Origin: Armatimonadota bacterium
GTDB lineage: Bacteria > Armatimonadota > SYMT01
Length of the DNA: 64,000 nucleotides
Assembly: GCA_046292385.1 (NCBI GenBank)
Contig: JBKBRF010000001.1
Coordinates: 191,305-255,304 of the forward strand
Reading direction: 5' to 3'
Below, piece by piece: positions 11,121-19,948 of the stretch. Both the position numbers and the translations under genes were made by a program. The notes beneath the pieces are model-generated. The model worked only from the letters and a program-made list of their open reading frames with translations. It did no database searches and was not told the DNA's origin. Positions within the stretch are counted from its first letter, which is position 1. Each line of letters begins with the position of its first letter.

Positions 11121-11732
11121 CTACTGCGCGTCGGAGAGCTTCTTCGCCACCGCGTTCCAGTTCACCGTGTTCCACCAGGCCTTCAGGTAGTCCGGCCGGC
11201 GGTTGCGGTAGTCGACGTAGTAGGCGTGCTCCCACACGTCGACCCCCAGGATCGGCGTCTGGCCGTTCATCAGCGGGCTGTCCTGGTTGGCGGTGCTGAT
11301 CACCTTCAGGCTGCCGCCGTCCAGCACCAGCCACGCCCAGCCGGAGCCGAACCGCTTGGCCCCGGCATCGTTGATGGCGCTCTGCAGCTGTTCCAGCCCG
11401 CCGAATGCGGAGTTGATCGCGTCCGCCAGCGCGCCGGAGGGCTGACCGCCGCCGTTGGGGCCCATGATCTCCCAGAAGAGGGTGTGGTTGGCGTGGCCGC
11501 CGCCGTTGTTGATCACCGCCTGGCGGATGTTCTCCGGCACCGACTGGATGTTCCCGAGGATCTCCTCGATGCTCTGATTCTGGAGCTGCGGCTGGTCCTT
11601 CAGCGCGGCGTTCAGGTTGGTGACGTACGCCGCGTGGTGCTTGTCGTGATGGAGCTGCATCGTCTCCTCGCTGATGTGGGGCGCGAGGGCGTCGTACGCG
11701 TACGGCAGCGGGGGCACTTGGAATTCAGGCAT
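11121..11732 (-). CDS. sodA: Superoxide dismutase, Mn-type signature
   Basis: [44 protein letters not shown]. Confidence 0.96.
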   Translation of the reverse strand: MPEFQVPPLPYAYDALAPHISEETMQLHHDKHHAAYVTNLNAALKDQPQLQNQSIEEILGNIQSVPENIRQAVINNGGGHANHTLFWEIMGPNGGGQPSGALADAINSAFGGLEQLQSAINDAGAKRFGSGWAWLVLDGGSLKVISTANQDSPLMNGQTPILGVDVWEHAYYVDYRNRRPDYLKAWWNTVNWNAVAKKLSDAQ

Positions 11733-11944
11733 GCGTTCCTCCGAGGGTCAGTCGAACGAATGGGAAAGCTGGTCGGCGCTCCGCAGCCCTGCGGAGCGAG
11801 CTGGAAAGGCGGGCAAGGGAGCCGGTCCGAGACCGGAGCTCGCCCCGGCGCGCCCTCGTAAGGATACCTTAACCGCCGGGATACCGCATGCCAAACCCGC
11901 CGCGCCGGAAGCGTGCTCGGGCTGGTAGGGAGGTATAGCGAAGG

Positions 11945-11950
11945 TATAAT
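11945..11950 (+). promoter_or_regulatory. Candidate -10 box for rlmN
   Basis: Perfect TATAAT 40 nt upstream of the ATG in very GC-rich DNA; no clear -35. Confidence 0.45.
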
Positions 11951-11990
11951 GGCGAGGCAGGCAGGGGCGGCTGGAGGACGGAGAGGATCG

Positions 11991-13127
11991 ATGGAGCTGC
12001 CGGTAGTGGAGCAGGCGGGAGGGCCGGCGGCAGGACCGCCGCTGGTGGGACGGACGCGCGCGGAGCTGGAAGCGCTGGCCGTGGAGTTGGGGCAGCCGGC
12101 CTACCGCGGGCGGCAGGTGGCGCGCTGGCTCTACGCTCGCGGCGTGCGCTCCGTCGAGGAGATGACCGACCTCCCGGCCGCCTTCCGCGCGCGCCTGGCC
12201 GAAGCCGCGCCGGTCGGCCGCTCGGAGATCGTCCGCCGCCAGGCTTCCCGGGACGGCACGGTCAAAGTGCTGCTTCGGTACCCGGACGAACGGGAGATCG
12301 AGACGGTGGTGCTGCCGTATCCGGATCGCGTCTCCGTTTGCATCTCCAGCCAGGTCGGCTGCCCGGTCGGCTGCGTCTTCTGCGCCACCGCCACCATGGG
12401 CTTCGGGCGCAACCTGACGCCGGGCGAGCTGCTGGACCAGGTGCTCACCGCCCGGGAAGAGGCGCCCGGCGGGCGGCTCACCCACGTGGTGGTGATGGGG
12501 ATGGGCGAGCCGCTGCTGAACTACGAGAGCCTGGTGAAGGCGCTGCGGCTGATGCACGAGGAAGTAGGGCTCTCCTACCGGCACCTCACCGTCTCCACCT
12601 CCGGCCACGTGCCCGGGATCCGGCGGCTGGCGGAGGAGGGCCTGCCGGTCACGCTGGCGCTCTCCCTCCACGCGCCGAACGACCCGCTCCGGGCGGAGCT
12701 CATCCCGCTCTCCCGCAAGTGGGGGATCGACGATGTGATGGGGGCGGTCCGCGACTATCAGGAGCGCACCGGCCGCCGCGTGACGCTGGAGTACCTGCTG
12801 CTGGCGCGCGTGAACGACGAGCCGGAGCACGCGGAGCAGCTCGCCCGCCTCTGCCGCGGCATGATCACGCACGTCAACCTGATCCCGTGGAATCCGGCCG
12901 ACACCTTCACCCGGTTCGAAGCGCCCTCCGGCGCGCGCGTCCGCGCCTTCCGGTCGATCCTGGAGGGGCACGGCGTCACCGTGACGCAGCGGGTGGAGCG
13001 CGGCCAGGACATCGCCGCCGCCTGCGGGCAGCTCGCCGTCAAAGCCCGTCGGGAAGGGGGCGAGGAGATCGCCGTCGCCCCCCGCACCTTCGAAGACGTG
13101 TCGCCCGCGCTAGCAGAGAGCCCGTGA
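11991..13127 (+). CDS. rlmN: 23S rRNA m2A2503/tRNA methyltransferase (radical SAM)
   Basis: CISSQVGCPVGCVFC, MGMGEP, SLHA, NLIPWN, DIAAACGQL. Confidence 0.95.
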   Translation: MELPVVEQAGGPAAGPPLVGRTRAELEALAVELGQPAYRGRQVARWLYARGVRSVEEMTDLPAAFRARLAEAAPVGRSEIVRRQASRDGTVKVLLRYPDEREIETVVLPYPDRVSVCISSQVGCPVGCVFCATATMGFGRNLTPGELLDQVLTAREEAPGGRLTHVVVMGMGEPLLNYESLVKALRLMHEEVGLSYRHLTVSTSGHVPGIRRLAEEGLPVTLALSLHAPNDPLRAELIPLSRKWGIDDVMGAVRDYQERTGRRVTLEYLLLARVNDEPEHAEQLARLCRGMITHVNLIPWNPADTFTRFEAPSGARVRAFRSILEGHGVTVTQRVERGQDIAAACGQLAVKARREGGEEIAVAPRTFEDVSPALAESP

Positions 13128-13249
13128 GCGCGACCTTGCGCCGTTCCTGGGACAGGGCCAATCCGGCAGCTCCGCTAGAGCAACCTGAACTCCTGCTAGA
13201 ATACTCTGTGGCGCCGATTGACGGGACGGGGTCACGCCCGGTAGATCAC

Positions 13250-13471
13250 ATGGATTACAAGCAGATTCTCACACTTGAGCCAGGTAAGCGCAGCGGCAAG
13301 CCCTGCATTCGCGGGATGCGCATTACGGTCTATGACGTGCTGTCGTACCTCGCCGCCGGAATGACCCACGAGGAGCTACTCGCCGATTTCCCCTATCTCA
13401 CCGAGGACGACATCCGCGCCTGCCTCAGCTATGCTGCCGACCGCGAGAAGCACACGCTAGTCGCGGCATGA
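13250..13471 (+). CDS. DUF433 antitoxin (VapB45-like)
   Basis: PGKRSGKPCIRGMRITVYDVL...EELLADFPYLTEDDIRACLSYA; ATGA overlap with the next gene; TGcTAGAAT at 13194-13202 upstream. Confidence 0.92.
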   Translation: MDYKQILTLEPGKRSGKPCIRGMRITVYDVLSYLAAGMTHEELLADFPYLTEDDIRACLSYAADREKHTLVAA

Positions 13472-13800
13472 AGCTGTTATTCGACCAGAACCTCTCACCA
13501 CGGCTGGCGCCGCGTCTTGTCGACCTGTTCCCCGGCAGTTCCCACGTATCGCGCCACTCACTTGGCACGGCGGATGATCGGCAGATCTGGAGCTTTGCCC
13601 GTCAGCACGGCTTCACGCTGGTGACGAAGGACAGCGACTTCGATGATCTATCGTCGCTATTCGGGTTTCCGCCCAAGGTAGTCCGTGTCGGAATTGGCAA
13701 CTGCACCACGCGTCAGATCGAGGAGCTGATCCGGCGGCACTACTCTGCAATCGAGCAGTTCGAGGATGACGCCGAAGCAGGGGTGCTGGCCCTGTACTAA
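13468..13800 (+). CDS. DUF5615 PIN-like toxin (VapC45-like)
   Basis: MKLLFDQNLS, DDRQIW, LVTKDSDF, PPKVV, GNC. Confidence 0.92.
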   Translation: MKLLFDQNLSPRLAPRLVDLFPGSSHVSRHSLGTADDRQIWSFARQHGFTLVTKDSDFDDLSSLFGFPPKVVRVGIGNCTTRQIEELIRRHYSAIEQFEDDAEAGVLALY

Positions 13801-14047
13801 CTCGGCGGGGCGATCAGGACCTTCGGCGAAATGGACGACGGAGGTCGTCGCGCCCGACGCCCGGTAATGTTGCTCCCGGCGCGCTGGCGGCGAGTCCGAA
13901 ACACGTGGGCGGGAGCCCAAGCGGGTGGCCGGCTCCCTTACAGCCTCGGCTCGAGAACAGTGTCGCCCGGACGAGTTGCGCCGCAGCAATCCCCCCGATT
14001 CCGAGCAGCGCGGCGCGACTGCACTCCCGCCGCTTCTTTGCGTCCGC

Positions 14048-14545
14048 TCATGCCGAATGCCGGGCGATGAGGTGTCCGGTGATCGCCCCCGCGCCGGCGA
14101 AGAAGGGCGTCGTCAGCACCGGCAGCACCATGATCTGCGCAGCGAGGACTGGCGCGGGGACGGGCTGGCCGGTGAGGGAGCCCACCACGACGAAGCCGAC
14201 CATCGTGAGCACCGCGTGCGCCGCCCAGCTGATCGCCACTCCCAGCTGTGCGCCGCTCCACCGTCCCGCAGAGGGGAGCCGAACCAGCGGGCAATCCCGC
14301 AGCACGTTGCGCGTCGCCGCCCCGACCATCGCCCCGACGACGCTGAACGCGAACGCAATGACCATGATGATAGTCGAGAGCACCAACAGCTCGTCACGGC
14401 TCTCCGGAGGCCCGACCAGCAGCGCCAGCCCGCCGCCGAAGACCAGTCCCCACCCGGCCGCCACCGCCGCCCCGATGGAGGCGGACCGGTAAGGGCCGGG
14501 CAGACGGGGGAGCCGCTCGCTCAGGTGATCCGGCTTACCGTCCAT
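14048..14545 (-). CDS. Hypothetical membrane protein
   Basis: About four hydrophobic segments; overlaps the end of the upstream HD-domain gene. Confidence 0.55.
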   Translation of the reverse strand: MDGKPDHLSERLPRLPGPYRSASIGAAVAAGWGLVFGGGLALLVGPPESRDELLVLSTIIMVIAFAFSVVGAMVGAATRNVLRDCPLVRLPSAGRWSGAQLGVAISWAAHAVLTMVGFVVVGSLTGQPVPAPVLAAQIMVLPVLTTPFFAGAGAITGHLIARHSA

Positions 14546-15074
14546 GACCCTCCAGCCACCTGAGCCGCTCGTCGGCTCTCTGGGCGATCTCGGCGAGCAT
14601 GTCGTCGAGTGCCAGGTAAACACTCCACCTCTCCAGGCCGAGTTGCTCGGAGAGCCGAGTCGTAATCAGGTCCTCCAACTCCGGAATGCGGCAGCCTTTC
14701 CAGACCTTGTCCGCCAGCGCGACCAGTAGATCTTCGAGCGGACTCTCTGCGCCCCACTCGCCGTGCGAGCGGCAAAACCGAGCCAGACGGGCTGCAATGC
14801 CGAGCTCCAGAAGGAGCCGCTCTCCCTCGGCTTCGTGCCGCGTACCCGGCGCGGACAGCTCCTGCGGGTGTCGCACCTTGCCGAGGTCGTGGGTCGCCGC
14901 CCCGAAGAGAACTGCTTCCGTATCGAGCTCCAGCTCCGGCCACCGCGCGGAAAGCCCCGCCAGCAGCGCCGCCGCGACCTCATGCGTGACCGTCAGGTGC
15001 GCCATCAGTAGCGGCGGCGCACCGGTGCCGGTGAGCAGTTCCCGCGCTCGACTGGGCAGGGGGTGGAGTTTCAT
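14535..15074 (-). CDS. HD-domain phosphohydrolase-like protein
   Basis: AHL...AATHDLGK...HE...SH...LADKVWKG. Confidence 0.8.
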   Translation of the reverse strand: MKLHPLPSRARELLTGTGAPPLLMAHLTVTHEVAAALLAGLSARWPELELDTEAVLFGAATHDLGKVRHPQELSAPGTRHEAEGERLLLELGIAARLARFCRSHGEWGAESPLEDLLVALADKVWKGCRIPELEDLITTRLSEQLGLERWSVYLALDDMLAEIAQRADERLRWLEGHGR

Positions 15075-15145
15075 GACGCTCTCTCGCTTCACGGAGGGGT
15101 ATCCCGGTAGAATCGCCCTAGTTCTGAAACGGGGAGGGAACAGAG

Positions 15146-15352
15146 GTGGCGACTTCGATTGAGACACGGGAGCGAACTGGGGAACGACCGTTCGAATACC
15201 TGCGGGCGACACCGGAGGAGCGCGCACGGGTGCTGGAGGCGCTCTCACCGTTCGACTGTGAAGCGTGGCGGCGCGAAGTCACACCCTCGAGGCCCGAAGA
15301 GCTATTGGAGCTTGAGCGGTTCCTGGAGGAGCGTGAGGAAGACCGTCAGTGA
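15146..15352 (+). CDS. Small acidic hypothetical protein
   Basis: GTG start after GGAGGG; TAGAAT at 15108; 68 aa, helical and charged. Confidence 0.4.
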   Translation: MATSIETRERTGERPFEYLRATPEERARVLEALSPFDCEAWRREVTPSRPEELLELERFLEEREEDRQ

Positions 15353-15590
15353 GCTAAGCGCGCTGTTGCCCCGCGGCCCCAGCGGATGCGGTTCGGGGTC
15401 GGCTCCTCGGGAGCGGGGATCGGTTCAACTGCCTGGGGCATCACGGTCTCCTTAGTTCCATCTTACTCTGCCGAACCGCCCGCTACCTGCCGCCGGTCAC
15501 CGCGCAGGTCGGCGTGAGGGTGACACCCGTGCGCCGGGCCGGTATCCTCCTGTAGCCACTTCTTCCTGAAACCTTCCGCCATCCCGCAGT

Positions 15591-16739
15591 ATGGCTGTCT
15601 ATCTCGATTGCGCGGCCACTCCCCCGATCGACCCGCGCGTGCTCGAGCGGGTGGTAGCGTGCTTCCGCGAGGAGGTGGGGAACGCCGGCAGCCGGACGCA
15701 CGAGTACGGGGCGCGGGCGCGGCGAGTGGTGGAGCAGGCCCGGGACCAGGTCGCCGCCGCGGTCGGCGCGGCGCGGGGCGAGATCGTCTTTACCAGCGGC
15801 GCGACCGAGAGCAACAACCTGGCGATTCTGGGGCTGGCGGAGCACGGCCGGTGGGCCGGTCGCCGTCACCTGGTGAGTACGCAGGTCGAGCACCGGGCGG
15901 TGCTGGAGCCGCTGCAGGCGCTGGCGCGGTCCGGTTTCGAGCTTACGCTGGTGCCGCCGGACCCGGGCGGCCGGGTCGCGCCGGAGGCGGTCCGTGCGGC
16001 GGTGCGGCCGGAAACCCTGCTCGTCTCCGTGATGCAGGTGAACAACGAGACCGGCATCCGCCAGCCGGTGGGGGAGATCGCGGAGCTGCTGGGCGACCAT
16101 CCCGCCTACCTGCACGTCGACGCCGCGCAGGGGTTCGGTCTGGAGCCGGAGACGCTGCGGCACGCCCGGATCGACCTGGTCAGCTTGAGCGGCCACAAGG
16201 CTTATGGGCCCAAGGGAATCGGCGCGCTGGTGGCGCGGCGCCGGTCGGGGAAGCGGCCGCCGCTGGAGCCGCTGCTGCTGGGGGGCGGCCAGGAGCTGGG
16301 GCTGCGTCCCGGGACGCTCCCCGTGCCGCTGATCGCCGGCCTCGGCCTCGCCGCGGAGCTGGCTGCCGCGGAGGCGCTCCAGCGCCGGGAGCGGTGCCGC
16401 CGCTTCGGGGAGCGGCTCCTCCAGGCGCTCGCCCCGCTGGCGTCGGAGGTGACCGGCGACCCGGTCCACCGCGCGCCGCATATTCTCAACCTCGGCTTTC
16501 CGGGGCTTCCCGCGGAGGAGACCATCGAGGCGCTCGGCGAAGTGGTAGCGGTCTCGGACGGCGCCGCCTGCTCCTCCGGCAGCGAGACGTGCAGCCACGT
16601 CCTCGCCGCGATGGGGCTCCCGCCGGACCGGGCGGAGTGCGCCGTCCGCTGGAGCTGGTGCCACCTGACCGAGGAGCCGGACTGGGACCGGATAGTCCGG
16701 GTGCTGGACGAGCTGCGGTCTTCGGCGCGCGAGGGATGA
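15591..16739 (+). CDS. Cysteine desulfurase, IscS class I, DndA-like subfamily
   Basis: YLD, GNAGSRTHEYG, FTSGATESNN, HVDAAQ, SGHK (PLP Lys), RPGTLPVPLI, GAACSS (catalytic Cys), SHVLAAMG. Confidence 0.9.
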   Translation: MAVYLDCAATPPIDPRVLERVVACFREEVGNAGSRTHEYGARARRVVEQARDQVAAAVGAARGEIVFTSGATESNNLAILGLAEHGRWAGRRHLVSTQVEHRAVLEPLQALARSGFELTLVPPDPGGRVAPEAVRAAVRPETLLVSVMQVNNETGIRQPVGEIAELLGDHPAYLHVDAAQGFGLEPETLRHARIDLVSLSGHKAYGPKGIGALVARRRSGKRPPLEPLLLGGGQELGLRPGTLPVPLIAGLGLAAELAAAEALQRRERCRRFGERLLQALAPLASEVTGDPVHRAPHILNLGFPGLPAEETIEALGEVVAVSDGAACSSGSETCSHVLAAMGLPPDRAECAVRWSWCHLTEEPDWDRIVRVLDELRSSAREG

Positions 16740-16779
16740 GGGTATCCGAATCCGCTGGTAGGAGCTTCGCGGCCGGGCG

Positions 16780-16917
16780 GTTGAAACCGCGGCAACCACA
16801 GCACGTAGTTTTATCCCCCGGACGGGGGACTGCCTTCGCGGACTCAGCAGAGCCCAGTTCGGGCGTCCGGAGGACGCGTGGCCGCAGGCCGTCCAGCGAG
16901 GGATTTCAATCCCTCGC
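16780..16917. repeat. REP-like palindromic remnants
   Basis: GTTGAAACCGCGGCAAC at 16780 and the hairpin GCGAGGGATT-TC-AATCCCTCGC at about 16896-16917. Confidence 0.5.
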
Positions 16918-17001
16918 GACCCGCGGAGACTCATTACTGGCACGGTCGTGGTGGACAAACCCCACGCCGACCCGGCCGGCTCGATTAATTCGTAAGTAAG
17001 T

Positions 17002-17481
17002 ATGGAATCGCCCTCCGAGATCCGTTACCGGCGCTCCCGGTTCTCCACTCGTCTCCCCGTCGATCGTCGCTATACCTACTCCCACTTCTGGGTCGCGGAG
17101 GAGGCCCCCGGCGTCTGGAAGGTCGGCTTCACCCGCTTCGCCACGCGGATGCTCGGGGACTTCGTGGAGCTTGGCTTCCAGGTGGAGCCGGGCGACCTCG
17201 TCTCCGTCGGGCAGACGATCGGGTGGGTGGAAGGCTTCAAGGCGCTGACCGATCTCTACTGCGTGGTGGAGGGGGAGTTCCTGGGTGGAAATCCGGAGCT
17301 GGACCAGGACATCACGCTCTCGGACACGGATCCGTACGGCCGCGGCTGGCTCTACCGCGCCCGGGGCGTGCCGGATCGACAGAACGTGGACGTGGACGGC
17401 TACGTCAGACTTCTTGACCAGACGATCGACCGGATGCTCCAGACCTCTCCGGGGATGGGGCAGGATGAGGGGCGGGAATGA
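17002..17481 (+). CDS. Glycine cleavage H-like (lipoyl-carrier) protein
   Basis: YTYSHFW, VGFTRFA..LGD, VEGFKA (lipoyl-Lys position), NPEL...DPYGRGWL. Confidence 0.85.
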   Translation: MESPSEIRYRRSRFSTRLPVDRRYTYSHFWVAEEAPGVWKVGFTRFATRMLGDFVELGFQVEPGDLVSVGQTIGWVEGFKALTDLYCVVEGEFLGGNPELDQDITLSDTDPYGRGWLYRARGVPDRQNVDVDGYVRLLDQTIDRMLQTSPGMGQDEGRE

Positions 17482-18572
17482 GCCAGGCGCGCTACCTGAT
17501 GATCGGCGGCTTTCTCGGTGCCGGGAAGACGACCGCGGTGCTGCGCCTGGCACAGCGCCTCACCGACTCCGGCCTGCGGGTGGGGCTGATCACGAACGAC
17601 CAGAGCTTCGGCCTCGTCGACACCGCCACGCTCGGCGCGCACGGCTTCCCGGTGGAAGAGATCACCGGCGGCTGCTTCTGCTGTCGCTTCAACTCCCTCG
17701 TGACGGCGGCGGATCGACTGACCGAAGCGGCCCGGCCGGACGTCTTCATTGCAGAGCCGGTGGGGAGCTGCACCGATCTGAAGGCGACGGTCGACTACCC
17801 CCTGCGGCGCATGTACGGCGACCACTACTCGGTGGCGCCGCTCAGCGTGATGGTCGACCCGATCCGCGCGCTGCGGATCCTGGGGCTGGAGCCGGGGAAG
17901 TCGTTCTCGCCCAAGGTCACCTACATCTACGAGAAGCAGCTCGAGGAAGCGGACCTGATCGTCGTCAACAAGATTGACCTGCTCGAAGCGGACCGCGTGC
18001 AGACGCTGGTCCGCGCGCTGCGGGAGCGGTTCCCACGCTCCGAGGTGCTCTGCGTCTCTGCCCGCGAGGGCGCCGGGACGGACGAGTGGCTGGAGCGGCT
18101 CACCACCGGCTCCGCGCGAACGGCGGAGAGCATGGAGGTCGACTACGACCTCTACGCGGAAGGCGAAGCGCTGCTCGGTTGGCTTAACGCCACGCTCCGC
18201 CTGGAAGCCGACGACGAAGTGGACGGCAACGCGCTGCTGCTGCGCCTGGCGCAAGAGATCCAGGCGCGCGTGCAGGGAGAAGGCGGAGAGATCGCGCACC
18301 TGAAGCTGACGCTCACGCCGGACGAAGACGGCCGGGATCTGGGCGTGGTGAACGCGGTGCGCGGCGACCGCCCCGCGGAGGCGTCGCACCTCCTGCAGGA
18401 GCCGGTCGCCTCCGGAGAGGTCATCCTCAACCTCCGGGCCGAGGCCGATCCGGAGCGGCTGAAGGAGATCGTGGGAGAGGTCCTGCGAGGAGAAGCGGGC
18501 CTGAGCGTGGAGCACCTGGAGAGCTTTCGACCCGGACGCCCGGTGCCGACGCACAGACTCGCGGCGGTTTAG
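17478..18572 (+). CDS. G3E family P-loop GTPase (CobW/COG0523-like metallochaperone)
   Basis: GGFLGAGKTT, ITND, GGCFCC, EPVGSC, NKID; ATGA overlap. Confidence 0.88.
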   Translation: MSQARYLMIGGFLGAGKTTAVLRLAQRLTDSGLRVGLITNDQSFGLVDTATLGAHGFPVEEITGGCFCCRFNSLVTAADRLTEAARPDVFIAEPVGSCTDLKATVDYPLRRMYGDHYSVAPLSVMVDPIRALRILGLEPGKSFSPKVTYIYEKQLEEADLIVVNKIDLLEADRVQTLVRALRERFPRSEVLCVSAREGAGTDEWLERLTTGSARTAESMEVDYDLYAEGEALLGWLNATLRLEADDEVDGNALLLRLAQEIQARVQGEGGEIAHLKLTLTPDEDGRDLGVVNAVRGDRPAEASHLLQEPVASGEVILNLRAEADPERLKEIVGEVLRGEAGLSVEHLESFRPGRPVPTHRLAAV

Positions 18573-18593
18573 CTCCACCCCGGAAGCGGGTGG

Positions 18594-18747
18594 CGCGTAG
18601 TGCGTATTCCGTATTGCGTAGCGGCTCGCTGCGAACGCTTTGCGGAAGATCGTGCCGCGCGGGAGGCTTATTTAGGCGCCTCGCCCGGCAGGACGTATGG
18701 GAGAGCGGTGGGAGCATCCCGCTACGCAATACGCGATACGGAATACC
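18594..18747. repeat. Inverted pair of heptamer arrays (TGCGTAT-like)
   Basis: CGCGTAG TGCGTAT TCCGTAT TGCGTAG CGG (18594-18624) versus CCG CTACGCA ATACGCG ATACGGA ATACC (18719-18747). Confidence 0.8.
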
Positions 18748-18776
18748 AGATCGTGTTTGGAGACAGCAGTTCCGTC

Positions 18777-19127
18777 ATGCAGAACGCCCGGATACTCTAC
18801 TGCCACTGCGCCTACGCGCAGGTGGTGCCTAAAGCGGTGAAGGAAGAGGTGCTGCTCCGGCTCGCGGAGTCGGACGTGGCGTTCGACGCCGTGCCGGACC
18901 TCTGCGAGATGTCTGCGCGCAACGACCCGCGGCTGCAGCAGCTTGCGGGCGAAGACGCGCTGACGGTGGTCGCCTGCTACCCCCGCGCGGTGAAGTGGCT
19001 CTTCTCCGCGGGCGGAGCGGCGCTGCCGGAAGGCGCGGAGGTGCGGAACATGCGCGTGGAGAGCGCGGAAGAGGTGGTCGCCGCGGTCCTGGGCGAGCGC
19101 CGGGAGCCGGCGGAGGTCTCCCCATGA
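18777..19127 (+). CDS. Small Cys protein resembling the HdrA N-terminal Fe-S domain
   Basis: ILYCHC...DLC...VVACYPR...F...NMR parallels the HdrA pattern CHC...CS...VAACSPR...F...NIRE. Confidence 0.65.
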   Translation: MQNARILYCHCAYAQVVPKAVKEEVLLRLAESDVAFDAVPDLCEMSARNDPRLQQLAGEDALTVVACYPRAVKWLFSAGGAALPEGAEVRNMRVESAEEVVAAVLGERREPAEVSP

Positions 19128-19945
19128 CGACCGGCGCGCTCCGAGTGGTGCTCTACGAAGGCGAAGGCAGCCGCCCGCTGCCCTCGGACGATCGGTACGC
19201 AATCCTGCGGTCGCTCCTGGAGAAGGGGTACTCGGTGACGCGCTCGCTCCCGGGCGGCCGGGTCGGCGCGGCGGGCAGCGATCCGCTCCTGGTGCTCGGC
19301 GACTTCGAAGGACCAGAGCCGCCCACCGCCGAGGACGCCGCGGGCGCGGTGCCGGTGCAGGTACGCGGGATCGCGGAGGTGCCGGCAGAGCAGGTGGTCT
19401 CGCTGGTGGAGGAAGTGGGCCAGAGCCTGGAAGCGCCGAAGCCGGGCGGCTGGAAGCCGTGGTTCCCGGTGATCGACTACGACCGCTGCACCAACTGCAT
19501 GCAGTGCCTAAGCTTCTGCCTCTTCGACGTCTACGGCGTGAAAGACGGCAAGATCGACGTCCGCAACCAGAACCACTGCAAGACCGACTGCCCCGCCTGC
19601 TCCCGCGTCTGCCCGGAGGTGGCGATCCTCTTCCCGAAGTACCGCTCCGGCCCGATCAACGGCGACGAGATCAATGAAGAGGACCTGCGCCGGGAAGCGA
19701 TGAAGGTCGATATCTCCGCGCTCCTCGGCGGGGACATCTACCAGATGCTGCGGGACCGCAGTGAAAAGGCGAAGTCACGCTTTTCCAAGGAACGGGACGA
19801 GAGCCGCGCGCTCAAAGAGCGCATGCGCTGCCTCGCCCAGCTTCAGAAAGATCTCGACATCCCCCCGGAAGTGCTCGCCACCCTCCCCTCGGCGGAGCAG
19901 ATCCAGTCCCGCCTGGCAAACGCCGCGGAAGAAGGACAGGCCTGA
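19124..19945 (+). CDS. 2x[4Fe-4S] ferredoxin-domain protein
   Basis: WFPVIDYDRCTNCMQCLSFC and CKTDCPACSRVCP; ATGA overlap. Confidence 0.85.
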   Translation: MTTGALRVVLYEGEGSRPLPSDDRYAILRSLLEKGYSVTRSLPGGRVGAAGSDPLLVLGDFEGPEPPTAEDAAGAVPVQVRGIAEVPAEQVVSLVEEVGQSLEAPKPGGWKPWFPVIDYDRCTNCMQCLSFCLFDVYGVKDGKIDVRNQNHCKTDCPACSRVCPEVAILFPKYRSGPINGDEINEEDLRREAMKVDISALLGGDIYQMLRDRSEKAKSRFSKERDESRALKERMRCLAQLQKDLDIPPEVLATLPSAEQIQSRLANAAEEGQA

Positions 19946-19948
19946 CCG

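Noticed and set aside
12338..13471. 377-aa ORF as a DUF433 fusion
   Set aside because: The upstream part is an off-frame overlap of rlmN; the real gene starts at 13250
15591..16739. DNA phosphorothioation (dnd) system
   Set aside because: Only a DndA-like desulfurase is present; no dndBCDE
17002..17481. Canonical glycine cleavage operon (gcvH)
   Set aside because: No gcvT/gcvP in the window and a divergent VEGFK motif, so no gene symbol was assigned
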